Shown: positions 38,653-49,398, counted from the stretch's first letter. The stretch: 64,000 nt of DNA from a bacterium (GCA_032250835.1 JAVVEA010000001.1:1-64000); one strand, 5' to 3'. Translations and numbers: made by a program. The notes: a model not told the origin generated them from the letters alone.

Positions 38653-39837
38653 CTACTTTTTCTTAGAGGCTTTGATCTCCTCTAGCTCTTCTTCTTTTAC
38701 TTCAGCCTTTTTCTTAGGTGCCTTTTTAGACTCCGCCTCTTCTTTACTCGGCACCCGGGTTTTGGGCTCAGGGACCAAGGTCGGTTCTTCTTCCACTGCT
38801 TCCTTGGCGGCCTTCGGGGCGGCTTTGGGCTTGGATTCTGATTTGTTGAAGTTGATTGAGCCTTTGAACTCGCCTAGGTCGGGGTTGTTCATGTGGGTCA
38901 TCTCGGTGCTCTTGACCATCACCGCAGCGTAAAGGCTGCTGCTCACTTCGGTGGCCGCTTTTAGGCGTTCGTCTTGGACCTTATTTAAGGCGTCGTAAAG
39001 ACTGTCGCCCACTTGCTCGCCAATCGCTTTGCGCGGGTCTTTGGTGAACACGGTATTGAACTGGATGTTGTTCAAAATCTTCTTGCGGGTGTTTTCTTTT
39101 AGGCGGCTACGCTCCAATATAGAGCCCAATTCCTTAAAGACCAGCGATTCGTTGATCTCAAGGTATTGGCTGCCCGACTCGTCATAGGCCAGGAAGTTTT
39201 GGTTTAAGATCTGTTCTAGGTTGTAATAAACCAGATCGATGATCTCTTGGCCCGAATCGAGGGGCAGGAACATCTGGGCATGGTTGATGGTCTCGCCTTG
39301 TGCGTGGATGCGGTAACCAACATAGATATTCAAGCCCTTGGCTAGGGTCTCGTCTAGATAATTACGCCCAGGGGTAGGCACTTGATTCTCGGTGGATAAC
39401 ACCACTCCGTCCAATACCCTAGCGGCCATATCGGGCCGGGTTTGGCCTTGGGCAAAGTGCCGCTCCATTTCGCGCATCAAAAGGCTGTTGCCCTGACCGC
39501 TTAAGATGGTGTTGGCAATGCCGAAATGACTCGACTTGGGGTCCGCCGAGTAGTAGTAGCCCATAATGGACGTGTAAATAGACTTGGCGAAATTGCGGAT
39601 GATTTTGTTTTCATCCGAAAGGCAAGGGATCGACAAGACCACCCGCTCGGGGTTAGCCAAAGGTGTATCCAAAACCAATCGAATCGCCGGTTCGGCGAAA
39701 AGAAAGGGGCGGATGTTGGCTTCGATTTGATCGATAACTGCTTCTTCGTCGCTGAAGCGGATCTCGGCGGCTTCACTGCCAAGCATGTATTGGCGGCCAG
39801 TGCCGCAGGATTCGACGTGCCAGGCGCAATCACTCAT
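38653..39837 (-). CDS. Hypothetical protein with Lys/Glu-rich C-terminal tail
   Basis: 394-aa ORF with GAGGAG RBS and its own terminator; no recognisable family motif. Confidence 0.75.
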   Translation of the reverse strand: MSDCAWHVESCGTGRQYMLGSEAAEIRFSDEEAVIDQIEANIRPFLFAEPAIRLVLDTPLANPERVVLSIPCLSDENKIIRNFAKSIYTSIMGYYYSADPKSSHFGIANTILSGQGNSLLMREMERHFAQGQTRPDMAARVLDGVVLSTENQVPTPGRNYLDETLAKGLNIYVGYRIHAQGETINHAQMFLPLDSGQEIIDLVYYNLEQILNQNFLAYDESGSQYLEINESLVFKELGSILERSRLKENTRKKILNNIQFNTVFTKDPRKAIGEQVGDSLYDALNKVQDERLKAATEVSSSLYAAVMVKSTEMTHMNNPDLGEFKGSINFNKSESKPKAAPKAAKEAVEEEPTLVPEPKTRVPSKEEAESKKAPKKKAEVKEEELEEIKASKKK

Positions 39838-39968
39838 GAACGGCTCCTCAAGTGGATTAGGGGGGTTGGCACCCTAGGAGTTTTAAGGCAAATCTAATGG
39901 AATCTCGACGAATAAGTCAACGTTAATAAAAAAACCGGCGGACCCCGCCCCAAGCCTCCCCAAGCGCT

Positions 39969-41093
39969 ATGACCCAGTTGGATCCGGTAGATTTAACCAG
40001 ACATTTGATCAGCCTAAACAGCGTCAATCCCCCCGGTAACGAACGTCCTATCGCCTTGATGTTGGACGCTATCTTATCGCAATCTGGGTTTCAGACGAAA
40101 CTGGTGGATTACGAGCAAAACCGCTCCAGCTTGATTGCTTGGTGCGGAAGTGGCGACAAACCGGCTCTTTGCATGACCGGCCATATGGACGTGGTCCCCT
40201 TGGGTCAGGCCCCCTGGACGCAGGACCCCTTTGCCGGGACCATCGAAGGGGACCGACTCTTTGGGCGTGGGGCCTCGGATATGAAAGGTGGGGTGGCCGC
40301 CATGGTTACCTCGGCGATTGAGGCGAGGCACCGGTTCGCGGGTTTGGAGTTGGTCTTGGTGATCACCGCGGACGAAGAGGTGGGCTGTACGGGAGCAAAA
40401 GTTTTATTTGAAGGCGGACACCTAAACCAAAAGGTTGGCGCTATTTTGGTCTGTGAACCAACCAGCAACCTCCCTGATTTGGGCCATAAGGGCAGTCTTT
40501 GGCTCGAAGCGATACTGCGGGGCGTCACCGCCCACGGGAGTACGCCCCACTTAGGTGAGAACGCCGTTTATAAGGCCGCAGAAAAGGTCTTAGCAGTTCG
40601 GGACTTTCAGTTTGATCCGGTCGAACATCCGCTCTATGGTCGTCCGACCCACAATGTCGGCAACATCAAAGGCGGCTTGAACATCAACTCAGTCCCAGAC
40701 CGAGCCAGTTTCCATATAGACATCCGTACGGTGCCCTCAATGGACCATCAAGCGCTTACAAACCAGTTTAAACAATTGTTAGGCCCTGAGACGCAGTTGC
40801 GGGAGGTGATCAATGTTGAGCCCGTAGAAACGGACCCACAAGATCCCTGGATTCAGGATTGTTTGGCACTGCTTAAAGACCACCAGGGCCAAGAACCCCC
40901 GATCCGAGGCGGGGTCTACGTGACCGACGCATCGGTCTTGGCTAAGGCCTACGGCAAGCCCCCGGTTTTGGTTTTAGGCCCCGGAGATTTCGCCCAGGCC
41001 CATAAAACCGACGAATCCTGCTCAGTCTCTTTGATCCATGAGGCCCATCAGCTTTACCTAGAAATATTAAAACGTTGGTCCCAGCGGCCTTAG
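39969..41093 (+). CDS. M20 metallopeptidase (DapE/ArgE family)
   Basis: GHMDVVP, GRGASDMKGG, ADEE, CEPT and AHKTDE motifs. Confidence 0.9.
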   Translation: MTQLDPVDLTRHLISLNSVNPPGNERPIALMLDAILSQSGFQTKLVDYEQNRSSLIAWCGSGDKPALCMTGHMDVVPLGQAPWTQDPFAGTIEGDRLFGRGASDMKGGVAAMVTSAIEARHRFAGLELVLVITADEEVGCTGAKVLFEGGHLNQKVGAILVCEPTSNLPDLGHKGSLWLEAILRGVTAHGSTPHLGENAVYKAAEKVLAVRDFQFDPVEHPLYGRPTHNVGNIKGGLNINSVPDRASFHIDIRTVPSMDHQALTNQFKQLLGPETQLREVINVEPVETDPQDPWIQDCLALLKDHQGQEPPIRGGVYVTDASVLAKAYGKPPVLVLGPGDFAQAHKTDESCSVSLIHEAHQLYLEILKRWSQRP

Positions 41094-41326
41094 GGGGCGT
41101 ATATAAATAAATTCGTATAATCAGCTTACTGGACCTTAATCAAACAGTGTTTTATTAGGTTGAAGTTTTTTCTTGAGTAAATCCGATAACTTGGCTAAGA
41201 TTCCCGAACATTTTCTATTCGCCATCCGGGTACTCGCCGCATAGGGTTTGAACCCGGGGCCTACAGGCCGGACAGGCCGAATTTCCAGCGACCCACAATA
41301 CCCTAAAGAACCTCTAAGGTTGTGCT

Positions 41327-41770
41327 ATGGAACAGTTGAAAAAGATTCGCAATACGCCGGTTTCAGAATTGATGTCCAAAAACTGCCCCGTAATCGAAGG
41401 CAGTAAAATGGTCTCGGAAGCTTTGGCTTTGATGAAGACCCACGGCGTCACCGCTTTGGTAGTTAAACCCCGCAGTGAAGAAGACACCTTCGGCATTGTT
41501 ACCGAGGCGGATGTCTTAAAAAAGGTGGTGGACCCCGGTGAAGAAACCTACGCCGACCTCTGGAACACCCCGGTTTATCAGATCATGACCAAGCCCTGCA
41601 TCATGGTAAACCCCGGCATGCGCGTTAAATACGCTTTGCGCCTGATGGGCCGCCAGCGTATCCGCCGCCTATTGGTGGTGGACGGCAACAACCTACTTGG
41701 ACTGCTCGAAGAAGGCCATGTCCTCAGCGCTGTTCAAGAGCTTCCGGTTAACAAAGGCGTAGCCCTTTAA
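41327..41770 (+). CDS. CBS-domain protein
   Basis: Tandem CBS pair (VSELMS...GIVTEAD; PVYQIMTKP...RRLLVVD). Confidence 0.88.
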   Translation: MEQLKKIRNTPVSELMSKNCPVIEGSKMVSEALALMKTHGVTALVVKPRSEEDTFGIVTEADVLKKVVDPGEETYADLWNTPVYQIMTKPCIMVNPGMRVKYALRLMGRQRIRRLLVVDGNNLLGLLEEGHVLSAVQELPVNKGVAL

Positions 41771-41794
41771 TTTCGAACCTTTTAGGGACCCATC

Positions 41795-43495
41795 ATGCCT
41801 TACGATATTGTCATCGTTGGAGCCGGTGGCGGCGGAATGTACGCCGCCCTGGAAGCGATCCGCCGTAACCCGAAGTTGAACATTGCGATCATCTCGAAGG
41901 TTTACCCTACCCGCAGCCATACCTCGGCTGCCCAAGGCGGTGTGAACGCGGCTCTGGCGAACAAGCACAAAGACGACACCATCGACTTACACATCTTTGA
42001 CACCGTCAAGGGTAGCGACTACTTAGCCGATCAGGACTCCGCGACCTACCTCTGCGAACAGGCCCCGATCCTGATCCGCGAGCTTGAAAACCTGGGCGCG
42101 CCCTTTTCGCGTATGGACGACGGCACCATTGCCCAGCGCCCCTTTGGCGGCGCGAGCAAACACCGCTGCTGCTACTGCGCAGATAAAACCGGCCTGACGA
42201 TCTTACAGACGCTTTATGAGCAGTGCCTCCGGTACGGCATCAAGTTCTTCAACGAGTTTTTCTTGCTTTCTTTAGAGCAAGAAGATGGTCGTTGCAAAGG
42301 CGTGATTGCCTTGGAAATGAAGAACTCCAAGATCCATAAGTTCGACGCCAAGACGGTGATTTTCGCCACCGGCGGCTACGCCAAGATGTACTGGCATCGC
42401 AGTTCAAATGCCGCAGGCTTGACCGGTGACGGTGGCGCGGCCTGTTTGCGGGCGGGCATTCCGCTGAAAGATATGGAGTTTGTACAGTTCCACCCCACAG
42501 GCTTGCGTAAGTCGGGCTTGCTGGTCACCGAAGGTGCCCGTGGCGAAGGTGGTTATCTGCTCAACAAAGACGGCGAGCGCTTCATGAGCCGCTATGCCCC
42601 CGAAAAGATGGAATTGGGCCCCCGAGACTTGGTTTCTCGTAGTATTGAAACCGAAATCCGCGAAGGCCGCGGGTTTACCTCTACGGCTGGCGCATACATC
42701 AACCTAGACCTCACCCACCTGGGTGCCGACTTGATCAAAGAACGTTTGCCCCAGATCCGCGAGTTGTCCATCCAGTTTGAGGGTGTAGACCCGATCGTCG
42801 AGCCGATCCCGATCCGGCCCACGGCCCACTACTCTATGGGCGGCATCGACTGCAACACCGCATGCGAGACCGCCATCCAAGGCGTTTACGCTGTAGGCGA
42901 AGCCTCTTGTGTTTCGGTTCACGGGGCCAACCGCTTAGGCGGTAACTCGCTGCTGGAAATCTTAGTTTTTGGTAAGCGAGCGGGCCAAGAAGCGGCTGAT
43001 TTGGCAGCTAAGCTACCGACATCAGAGGTTCATAACTCTAAGTTGGAAGCTCAGGAGACACGGATCAAGAGTTTCTTCGGAAAAAGCCATGTAGAACGCT
43101 ACGATGTGATCCGTACCGAATTAGGCGACACCTTGGCCGATAACGTAGGCATCTACCGCTTTGAAGAGGCCATGAAAAAAGGCGTCGAAGAAGTGGCCAA
43201 CTTACGCGAACGCTTTAAGAAGGTTAAGGTCGCTGACCACTCCAAGGTCTTCAACACCAACCTGATGCAGGTCTTGGAATTAGGCAATATGCTCGATTTG
43301 GCCGCCTGTGTAGGGACCGGCGCTTTGGCCCGCGAGGAATCTCGCGGTTCCCATTCACGCACCGATTTCCCCACCAGGAACGACGAAAAATGGCATTGCC
43401 ATTCGATCTTCCAGATGGACGAAAAAGGTGATATTAGCCTGTCGACCAGAGAGGTCACCGGCGGCAAATACGAACTGCAGGAAAGGAAGTACTGA
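41795..43495 (+). CDS. sdhA: Succinate dehydrogenase/fumarate reductase flavoprotein
   Basis: [16 protein letters not shown] (covalent-FAD His), QFHPT, HYSMGG and [11 protein letters not shown]; no Tat signal. Confidence 0.93.
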   Translation: MPYDIVIVGAGGGGMYAALEAIRRNPKLNIAIISKVYPTRSHTSAAQGGVNAALANKHKDDTIDLHIFDTVKGSDYLADQDSATYLCEQAPILIRELENLGAPFSRMDDGTIAQRPFGGASKHRCCYCADKTGLTILQTLYEQCLRYGIKFFNEFFLLSLEQEDGRCKGVIALEMKNSKIHKFDAKTVIFATGGYAKMYWHRSSNAAGLTGDGGAACLRAGIPLKDMEFVQFHPTGLRKSGLLVTEGARGEGGYLLNKDGERFMSRYAPEKMELGPRDLVSRSIETEIREGRGFTSTAGAYINLDLTHLGADLIKERLPQIRELSIQFEGVDPIVEPIPIRPTAHYSMGGIDCNTACETAIQGVYAVGEASCVSVHGANRLGGNSLLEILVFGKRAGQEAADLAAKLPTSEVHNSKLEAQETRIKSFFGKSHVERYDVIRTELGDTLADNVGIYRFEEAMKKGVEEVANLRERFKKVKVADHSKVFNTNLMQVLELGNMLDLAACVGTGALAREESRGSHSRTDFPTRNDEKWHCHSIFQMDEKGDISLSTREVTGGKYELQERKY

Positions 43496-44478
43496 TGGAG
43501 GATAAAAAAGAGATTACTTTTAACGTCCTCTGCTTCAACCCAGAAGTAGACGAAAAGCCTTATTTCAAGAGCTACGACATAGAATTGGAAAAGGGTATTA
43601 CCGTCTTACGGGCGTTAAACTACATCAAAGACCATGTAGACCAGAACCTGACCCACCGCTTCTTTTGCCAGGCCGGTATCTGCGGTTCCTGCGCGGTGCG
43701 CGTTAACGGCGTTTCGAAACTCGCTTGCACCACCCAGGTTTGGGATGAATTGGAAGTGAGCAAGTCCGCCGACACCATTGTGGTCGAGCCGCTAAACAAC
43801 TTCACGATCATGCGCGATCTGGTGGTTGATATCGAACCAATGGTCGAAAAACTGGTCAAATATAAGTCTTGGGTGGTTCCGGCCACCAAAGACGCTGATT
43901 TGGGCATCAAGGAATGTGACGTAAAGCCCGAGGAGTTTGAGCCCATCAACGCGGCGACTGACTGTATCCTTTGTGCTTCTTGTTACTCCGAATGCACCAT
44001 TACGGAAGGGTCAGAACAGCAATTCATCTCTCCTTTGGTGATGCTGCGGGCCTACCGCATGAACAAAGATACCCGCGACACCATCGGGGCCGAGCGCCTG
44101 AAGGTGTTGGTCGAAGACCATGGTATCTGGGACTGCACCCACTGCTACCGTTGTGTGGAGTCTTGCGTTAAAAATATCCCGATCATGGACGCCATCCAGG
44201 GCCTACGCGAGGAAACCTTCAAGCGCGGTATGACGAACAGCGAAGGTGCCAGGCACGCCAAGGTCTTCTTGGATGACACCATCAACCTGGGCCGCGCCAA
44301 CGAGGTTACCTTACCGCTGCGCACCTTGGGCCCGATCGGTTCACTAAGCCAGATTCCTTTCGCCATCAAGATGGGCCTTAAGGGACGGGTACCGCCGATT
44401 ATCCCGCACAAAATCGCCAGCCGCAAATCCGTTAAGCGTATGCTGACGGAAGTGATGAAAGACAGCAAACAGGACTAA
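43495..44478 (+). CDS. sdhB: SDH/FRD iron-sulfur subunit, type-E form
   Basis: CQAGICGSC...C [2Fe-2S] motif, then CILCASC and CTHCYRCVESC (4-Cys third cluster) plus a C-terminal extension. Confidence 0.9.
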   Translation: MEDKKEITFNVLCFNPEVDEKPYFKSYDIELEKGITVLRALNYIKDHVDQNLTHRFFCQAGICGSCAVRVNGVSKLACTTQVWDELEVSKSADTIVVEPLNNFTIMRDLVVDIEPMVEKLVKYKSWVVPATKDADLGIKECDVKPEEFEPINAATDCILCASCYSECTITEGSEQQFISPLVMLRAYRMNKDTRDTIGAERLKVLVEDHGIWDCTHCYRCVESCVKNIPIMDAIQGLREETFKRGMTNSEGARHAKVFLDDTINLGRANEVTLPLRTLGPIGSLSQIPFAIKMGLKGRVPPIIPHKIASRKSVKRMLTEVMKDSKQD

Positions 44479-44504
44479 GCCTTAGGCAACGTTAAGAGAA
44501 AAAC

Positions 44505-45365
44505 ATGAAATACGCTTATTACATCAGCTGTGTAAACGAGTCGATGACCAAGGAATTGGACAAGTCTTTGTTCCTTTGGAACCAAGAATTGGGCATCGAA
44601 TTGGTCAAACTAGCTGACGGAACCTGCTGCGGCGGAAGTAACACCGACTTTGTCCACCCCAACGTGAACTTGGTCAACAACGCCCGCAATATCGTCTTGG
44701 CCGAGCAGATGGGCCTAGACTTGGTAACCAGCTGCAATACCTGCCTCTTAGGGATTCTACATGTTAAGCACCAGCTAGACACGGAGCCCAAAAAGAAGGA
44801 AATGGTCAACCACTACCTTGCCAAAGAAGGCATGGAATACAAGGGCACCAGCGCCGTCAAACACCTCTTGTGGGTGCTCAATGAAGACTATGGCCTAGAT
44901 AAGATCAAAGCCAAGGTCAAGAAGCCCCTGACGGGAGTCAAGTTTGCCAGCTTCTACGGCTGCCATATCCTGCGCCCTAGTGAGTTGATGGGCAAACATG
45001 ACGATCCCTACGCCCCTCGGTCTTTAGATATGTTGATCGAGGCCCTCGGCGGCGAGACCGTCGAATATGAGAGCAACAACAAGTGCTGTGGGTTCCACAC
45101 GCTGTTGGTGGCTCCTGAAGAAAGCTTTAAGGTTGGCGGTAAAGCCGTGGCCGAAGCCGTTCAGGCCGATGCCGACTACATCGTTACCCCCTGCCCGTTA
45201 TGTCATATGTCCTTGGATAGCTACCAAGACAAAGGCATGGCTAGCCAAGGCAAAAGTGGCTCTATGCCGATCCTTCACCTATCCCAAGCGGTCGGTTTGG
45301 CCCTAGGTTATAGCGAAAAGGAACTGGGGATCGACAAACATGTGGTCACCGCCCGCATTGCCTAA
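44505..45365 (+). CDS. CCG-domain (HdrB-like) subunit SdhE of a type-E succinate:quinone oxidoreductase
   Basis: Two CCG motifs (TCCGG...SCNTC; KCCGF...PCPLC) and YGCH. Confidence 0.88.
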   Translation: MKYAYYISCVNESMTKELDKSLFLWNQELGIELVKLADGTCCGGSNTDFVHPNVNLVNNARNIVLAEQMGLDLVTSCNTCLLGILHVKHQLDTEPKKKEMVNHYLAKEGMEYKGTSAVKHLLWVLNEDYGLDKIKAKVKKPLTGVKFASFYGCHILRPSELMGKHDDPYAPRSLDMLIEALGGETVEYESNNKCCGFHTLLVAPEESFKVGGKAVAEAVQADADYIVTPCPLCHMSLDSYQDKGMASQGKSGSMPILHLSQAVGLALGYSEKELGIDKHVVTARIA

Positions 45366-45392
45366 CTTTAGTTACTCCACGTAATCAGCATC

Positions 45393-45417
45393 AAACCCCA
45401 CGCAAGTGGGGTTTTTT
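45393..45417 (+). terminator. Intrinsic terminator of the sdh operon
   Basis: AAACCCCAC-GCAA-GTGGGGTTTTTT. Confidence 0.88.
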
Positions 45418-45495
45418 GTTTGGGCCCTTTGCTTTGGGAATGGGCTTTGCTAGTATAAGGGTTCAAGGATAGAATCTATTATTTCCGGGGGAGAT

Positions 45496-45780
45496 ATGAT
45501 CAAAACCACCCATAAGCTTTGGCTGGTCACATTGGGGCTGGTGTTTAGCGTTTTCTTGATTGGCGTACCGACTCAGAGCGCTTTGGCGCTGATTGGTGAA
45601 CGACCGCCAGCACCATCCGATAAATCGGTTCCTTACCGCAAAGCCTTTAAGTGTTACGGTAAATGGGTTAAAAGCAAGCGACAGGTTATGAGTCGCGATG
45701 GATACTCGGTTCCTCACGTAGGATATAAGTGTGTGGACGATCCTTCGATCCGCAAGAAGATGGTCGAATCCGGCCAGTAA
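45496..45780 (+). CDS. Small secreted basic protein with a Cys pair
   Basis: GGGGAG RBS, signal peptide ending ALA, two Cys, followed by a hairpin at ~45790-45816. Confidence 0.6.
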   Translation: MIKTTHKLWLVTLGLVFSVFLIGVPTQSALALIGERPPAPSDKSVPYRKAFKCYGKWVKSKRQVMSRDGYSVPHVGYKCVDDPSIRKKMVESGQ

Positions 45781-46093
45781 GGCACCGGTGGCAAAAGCGC
45801 ACTGGGCGCTTTTGCCCATCTCCACTTATCGGACTGAGCCTTTTTCTTCTATGCCTACGCGGGCCCCTAGGCCCGCGAACCCCTAGCTGCGTCTTCGGCC
45901 ATTTGGGGGTAACTTGACGGCGCCCGCTAGGCTGAACTTCCCTAAACTTTGCACCGCCCCGAACCGCATTGCCGGTATGGGGGTAAAAGTGTTCCTAGCT
46001 CTAGCGCCTAGTCAGGGGTAATTCTTGCCCTAAAGCTTCCGCCCCAGCCTTTTCTATGTCTGTCTCGGTCTTACCGGCCGGTTTGAGATAGGT

Positions 46094-47491
46094 TCAGTAT
46101 TCAAAACTATCGCCTGGGGCCGGATAACTGACGTTCATAAAGCCCTTAGAGCGGAAGGCGTCGATTAAGCTGTTGGCTTGTTCGGGCTCTCCATGGACTA
46201 AGAAGATTTGTTTGAGCTTTTCGGGCTTTGAATACTGTACATAGTCTAAAATATTCCGCCGATCTCCATGGGCACTAAAGTGGTCTAATTGTGCCACCTT
46301 AGCTTTAACCTCATATTCCTCGCCAAAGATCTTCACCTTCTTTTCGCCGTCCATGATTTTGCGGGCCAACGTATGTTGGGCTGAATAGCCAACAAACAAA
46401 ATCAGGTTGCGGGGGTTGGTGATGTTGTTTTTTAGGTGGTGCATGATCCTCCCGCCTTCGGCCATACCCGACGCACTGATGATGATCGCTGGATAGGGGA
46501 GCGAGTTGAGGGATTTGGACTGCTCTACGTCTTCTACATAAGTTAGGCTTTGAAATCCTAAGGGGTCGCGTTGTCCCTGTAAAAAGATGCGGTCAGTGGC
46601 CCGGTCCAGGTATTCTGGGTAGTGCCTAAAAACCTCGGTGGCCTTGATCGCCATGGGGCTATCCACGTAGATGGCAATGTCGTGGATGCGGTTTTGATCA
46701 AAAAGACGGTGCAGGTGGTAGACAATCTGCTGGGTCCGACCAACAGCAAAGGCGGGGATGATGATTTTTCCACCGGCGCTGGCCGTTTCGTTGATTAATT
46801 GGGCCAACATTTCCTCGGCATCTGCTTCATCGGGGTGCAGTCGGTTGCCGTAGGTTGTTTCGGTGATCAAAAAGTCTAAATCCCTGATGGGGTCTGGGTT
46901 GCGGATCAGCGCCATGTCTTCGCGGCCTAAATCACCGGTAAAGCCAAGGCGGAATTGGCGCCCCTCTTCATGAATATCCAACAAAATACCGGCAGAGCCT
47001 AAAATATGTCCGGCATCGCGGAAGGTCACGTTGACGCCGGGGCCTAACGGTAACTCCTCATTATATTCTATCTTTTCAAAGTGCTCTAAACAATTTTCAA
47101 CGTCTTTACTGTCGTAAATAGGGGTGACCGGGGGCTGGTGGCTCTTTTGGCGGATTTTATTTACAAACCGAACGTCCATTTCCTGGATAAAAGCCGAATC
47201 CTTTAACATGATCTTACAGAGATCAACGGTCGGTCCGGTGGCCAGAATTTTGCCCTTAAAGCCTTTTTTGACCAGGTTCGGGATGTTGCCACTGTGGTCG
47301 ATGTGGGCGTGGCTGAGCAGGAGCCAATCCACTTCGGCGGGATCAAAGGGGAAGTTCTGGTTTTTTTCGTACATGTCTGAACGGCGGCCCTGGAAGAGGC
47401 CGCATTCCAGTAGAATCTTCAATTCGCCCACGGTGATTAGGTGCATTGACCCTGTGACCGTTTGGGCTCCGCCGAAAAATTGGATTAACAT
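46094..47491 (-). CDS. MBL-fold beta-CASP ribonuclease
   Basis: GGAQTVTGS, SHAHIDH, AGHILGSA, PAFAVGR, FSAHGD and VHGE; start placed at ATG 47491. Confidence 0.92.
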   Translation of the reverse strand: MLIQFFGGAQTVTGSMHLITVGELKILLECGLFQGRRSDMYEKNQNFPFDPAEVDWLLLSHAHIDHSGNIPNLVKKGFKGKILATGPTVDLCKIMLKDSAFIQEMDVRFVNKIRQKSHQPPVTPIYDSKDVENCLEHFEKIEYNEELPLGPGVNVTFRDAGHILGSAGILLDIHEEGRQFRLGFTGDLGREDMALIRNPDPIRDLDFLITETTYGNRLHPDEADAEEMLAQLINETASAGGKIIIPAFAVGRTQQIVYHLHRLFDQNRIHDIAIYVDSPMAIKATEVFRHYPEYLDRATDRIFLQGQRDPLGFQSLTYVEDVEQSKSLNSLPYPAIIISASGMAEGGRIMHHLKNNITNPRNLILFVGYSAQHTLARKIMDGEKKVKIFGEEYEVKAKVAQLDHFSAHGDRRNILDYVQYSKPEKLKQIFLVHGEPEQANSLIDAFRSKGFMNVSYPAPGDSFEY

Positions 47492-47611
47492 GGATTCCCT
47501 CAAATAGGTTTGCAGCAGGTTAACGGACCTACTAACAAAATGCCAGTCCTTTGATCTTCGGCCTTTAGGGCCGAAAAATCTTTTCAATTAGGTACAGTTG
47601 GTTTATTCTGA

Positions 47612-47962
47612 ATGCACCGAATATTAAGGCATAAAATGCTCAAATGGTCAGGTTGGATTTTATTGTTCTGTTGTCTGGGTGCTAGTGCCCAAGCCCAAGA
47701 GGGCCGTAACCTCTATTTTGAGTCCGGTTGCGATAGCTGCCACGGGCCGATGGGTATGGCCCTGGGGACGCCTACTTTGGCGGGACGGGAAGTGGAAGAT
47801 TTGCTTTCTAAGAGCCTGATGATCCAACACAACCAAAACCCTACGGGCGCATCCCTAATGATGCGCGAAAACCCGGCGATGGCTAAACTAGACGCAGTTC
47901 AACTGAGGGAGATTGCAGTCTGGCTATCCCAATTAGACCCCAACAATCCAGCTGAGGAATGA
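47612..47962 (+). CDS. Monoheme class I cytochrome c (c553-like)
   Basis: Signal peptide, CDSCHG, P.LAG and a distal Met region. Confidence 0.82.
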   Translation: MHRILRHKMLKWSGWILLFCCLGASAQAQEGRNLYFESGCDSCHGPMGMALGTPTLAGREVEDLLSKSLMIQHNQNPTGASLMMRENPAMAKLDAVQLREIAVWLSQLDPNNPAEE

Positions 47963-47963
47963 C

Positions 47964-48890
47964 ATGAGGCTACTTACTCGATCGGACTTTGACGGCTTGG
48001 TGTGCGCTGCCCTGCTGTACGAAGCGGAAGTGATTACGGACATCAAATTTGTACACCCCAAAGACGTGCAAGATGGCAAGATTGAGGTTGGTCCAGATGA
48101 TGTGCTGGCGAACGTGCCCTATGCACCGGGCGTGGGCCTTTGGTTTGACCACCATGCTTCCGAAGACGACCGCCTCAACCTCAAAGACGGAATGAAGTAC
48201 GAAGGCCAATCGACCAAAGCGCCGTCTTGTGCCCGGGTGATTTTTGACTACTACGGCGGGGCCGAGAAATTTAAAGGGATGGTGGCTAACGGATTGATGG
48301 AAGCGGTGGACAAGTGTGACTCGGGCCAATTTGACCGCTCCGACATTTTAGACCCCAAGGGCTGGGTTTTGCTCTCCTTCATTATGGACCCTCGCACCGG
48401 TTTGGGCCGCTACAAAGACTACCGCATCTCCAATTATCAGTTGATGGAGAAACTAGCCCACAAATGCCGCCAGGAATCAGTAGAAGCCATTTTAGGCGAC
48501 GCCGATGTAAAGGAACGCATTGACCGCTATTTTGAGCAGGAAGCCGAATATGAAGGCATGCTCAAACAATACACCCAAACCGATAAAAACGTTTTGGTGA
48601 TCGACCTGCACGACTGCTCTGAAATCGTCACCGGCAACCGGTTTAAGGAATATGTGGTCTACCCGAACCAAAACATCAGCATCCGCATCATCTGGGGCTT
48701 CCAGAAGCAAAATATGGTGATGACCGTGGGCCATTCGGTATTTAACCGGACCAGCAAGACCGATGTGGGCAAGTTGATGTTAAAGTACGGCGGCGGCGGC
48801 CACCCCTATGTGGGCACTTGTCAAGTCCCCACTGAAGACTGGGAAAGGATCCGCGACGAGATCATCACCCAGCTGAAAGCCGACGGTTAG
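47964..48890 (+). CDS. DHH-family phosphoesterase (exopolyphosphatase-like/nanoRNase)
   Basis: TRSDFDG, FDHH and GGGGH motifs. Confidence 0.88.
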   Translation: MRLLTRSDFDGLVCAALLYEAEVITDIKFVHPKDVQDGKIEVGPDDVLANVPYAPGVGLWFDHHASEDDRLNLKDGMKYEGQSTKAPSCARVIFDYYGGAEKFKGMVANGLMEAVDKCDSGQFDRSDILDPKGWVLLSFIMDPRTGLGRYKDYRISNYQLMEKLAHKCRQESVEAILGDADVKERIDRYFEQEAEYEGMLKQYTQTDKNVLVIDLHDCSEIVTGNRFKEYVVYPNQNISIRIIWGFQKQNMVMTVGHSVFNRTSKTDVGKLMLKYGGGGHPYVGTCQVPTEDWERIRDEIITQLKADG

Positions 48891-48919
48891 TCGGTTAACC
48901 CTTCAATCCTCAGTATTCT

Positions 48920-49372
48920 ATGGAAACAACACCCAATGCCTCGCGCCGCGCCCTTTTGGGTGCTGGTGCTGCCGTCCTCGGGGTGGCCGCTTTGAGCGGG
49001 CCTCTGTCCGCTCAAATGGACCATTCCCAGCACGGCCCGAAAGGTGCCTATGCTCAATTGATTCAGGCAACCAATCACTGCCGGTTGACCGCTTTAGCTT
49101 GCGAAAAACACTGTATTTCGGCCCTTAAAACGGGCGATACGGAACTGGTAGATTGTTTAGCCAGCGTAACGGAGATGTTGCCGGTAATTGAGGCCACCAA
49201 TCGTTATGCAATCCTTGATGCCACCCGGCTGAAGGAGTTGGCCGCAGTTTGCGCCCAAGTCTGTGCCGACTGCGCCAAGACCTGCAAAAAGCATATCAAG
49301 GAGCATAAGGAGTGCAAAGACTGTTACGACTCCTGTCTAGAATGCGAAAAAGCCTGCAAAGCCGTCGCTTAG
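48920..49372 (+). CDS. Tat-exported four-helix-bundle copper storage protein (Csp1-like)
   Basis: SRRALLG Tat motif, MDHSQH, and 13 Cys in CxxxC/CxxC helical spacing. Confidence 0.88.
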   Translation: METTPNASRRALLGAGAAVLGVAALSGPLSAQMDHSQHGPKGAYAQLIQATNHCRLTALACEKHCISALKTGDTELVDCLASVTEMLPVIEATNRYAILDATRLKELAAVCAQVCADCAKTCKKHIKEHKECKDCYDSCLECEKACKAVA

Positions 49373-49398
49373 TCGGCTAGGCTTTTTGCGGGGGAATC

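Noticed and set aside
41133-41160. Imperfect palindrome upstream of the CBS-sdh operon as an FNR-type site
   Set aside because: Does not match TTGAT-N4-ATCAA and needs two bulges; cannot be assigned.
44505-45365. Heterodisulfide reductase (HdrABC) or methanogen-like pathway
   Set aside because: No HdrA; the CCG protein sits in an sdhAB operon, as in type-E SQORs.
45781-46093. Possible ncRNA or repeat in the ~310-nt gap between convergent genes
   Set aside because: Only one hairpin (GGCAAAAGCGC...GCGCTTTTGCC) is evident; no recognisable RNA family or second copy in the window.
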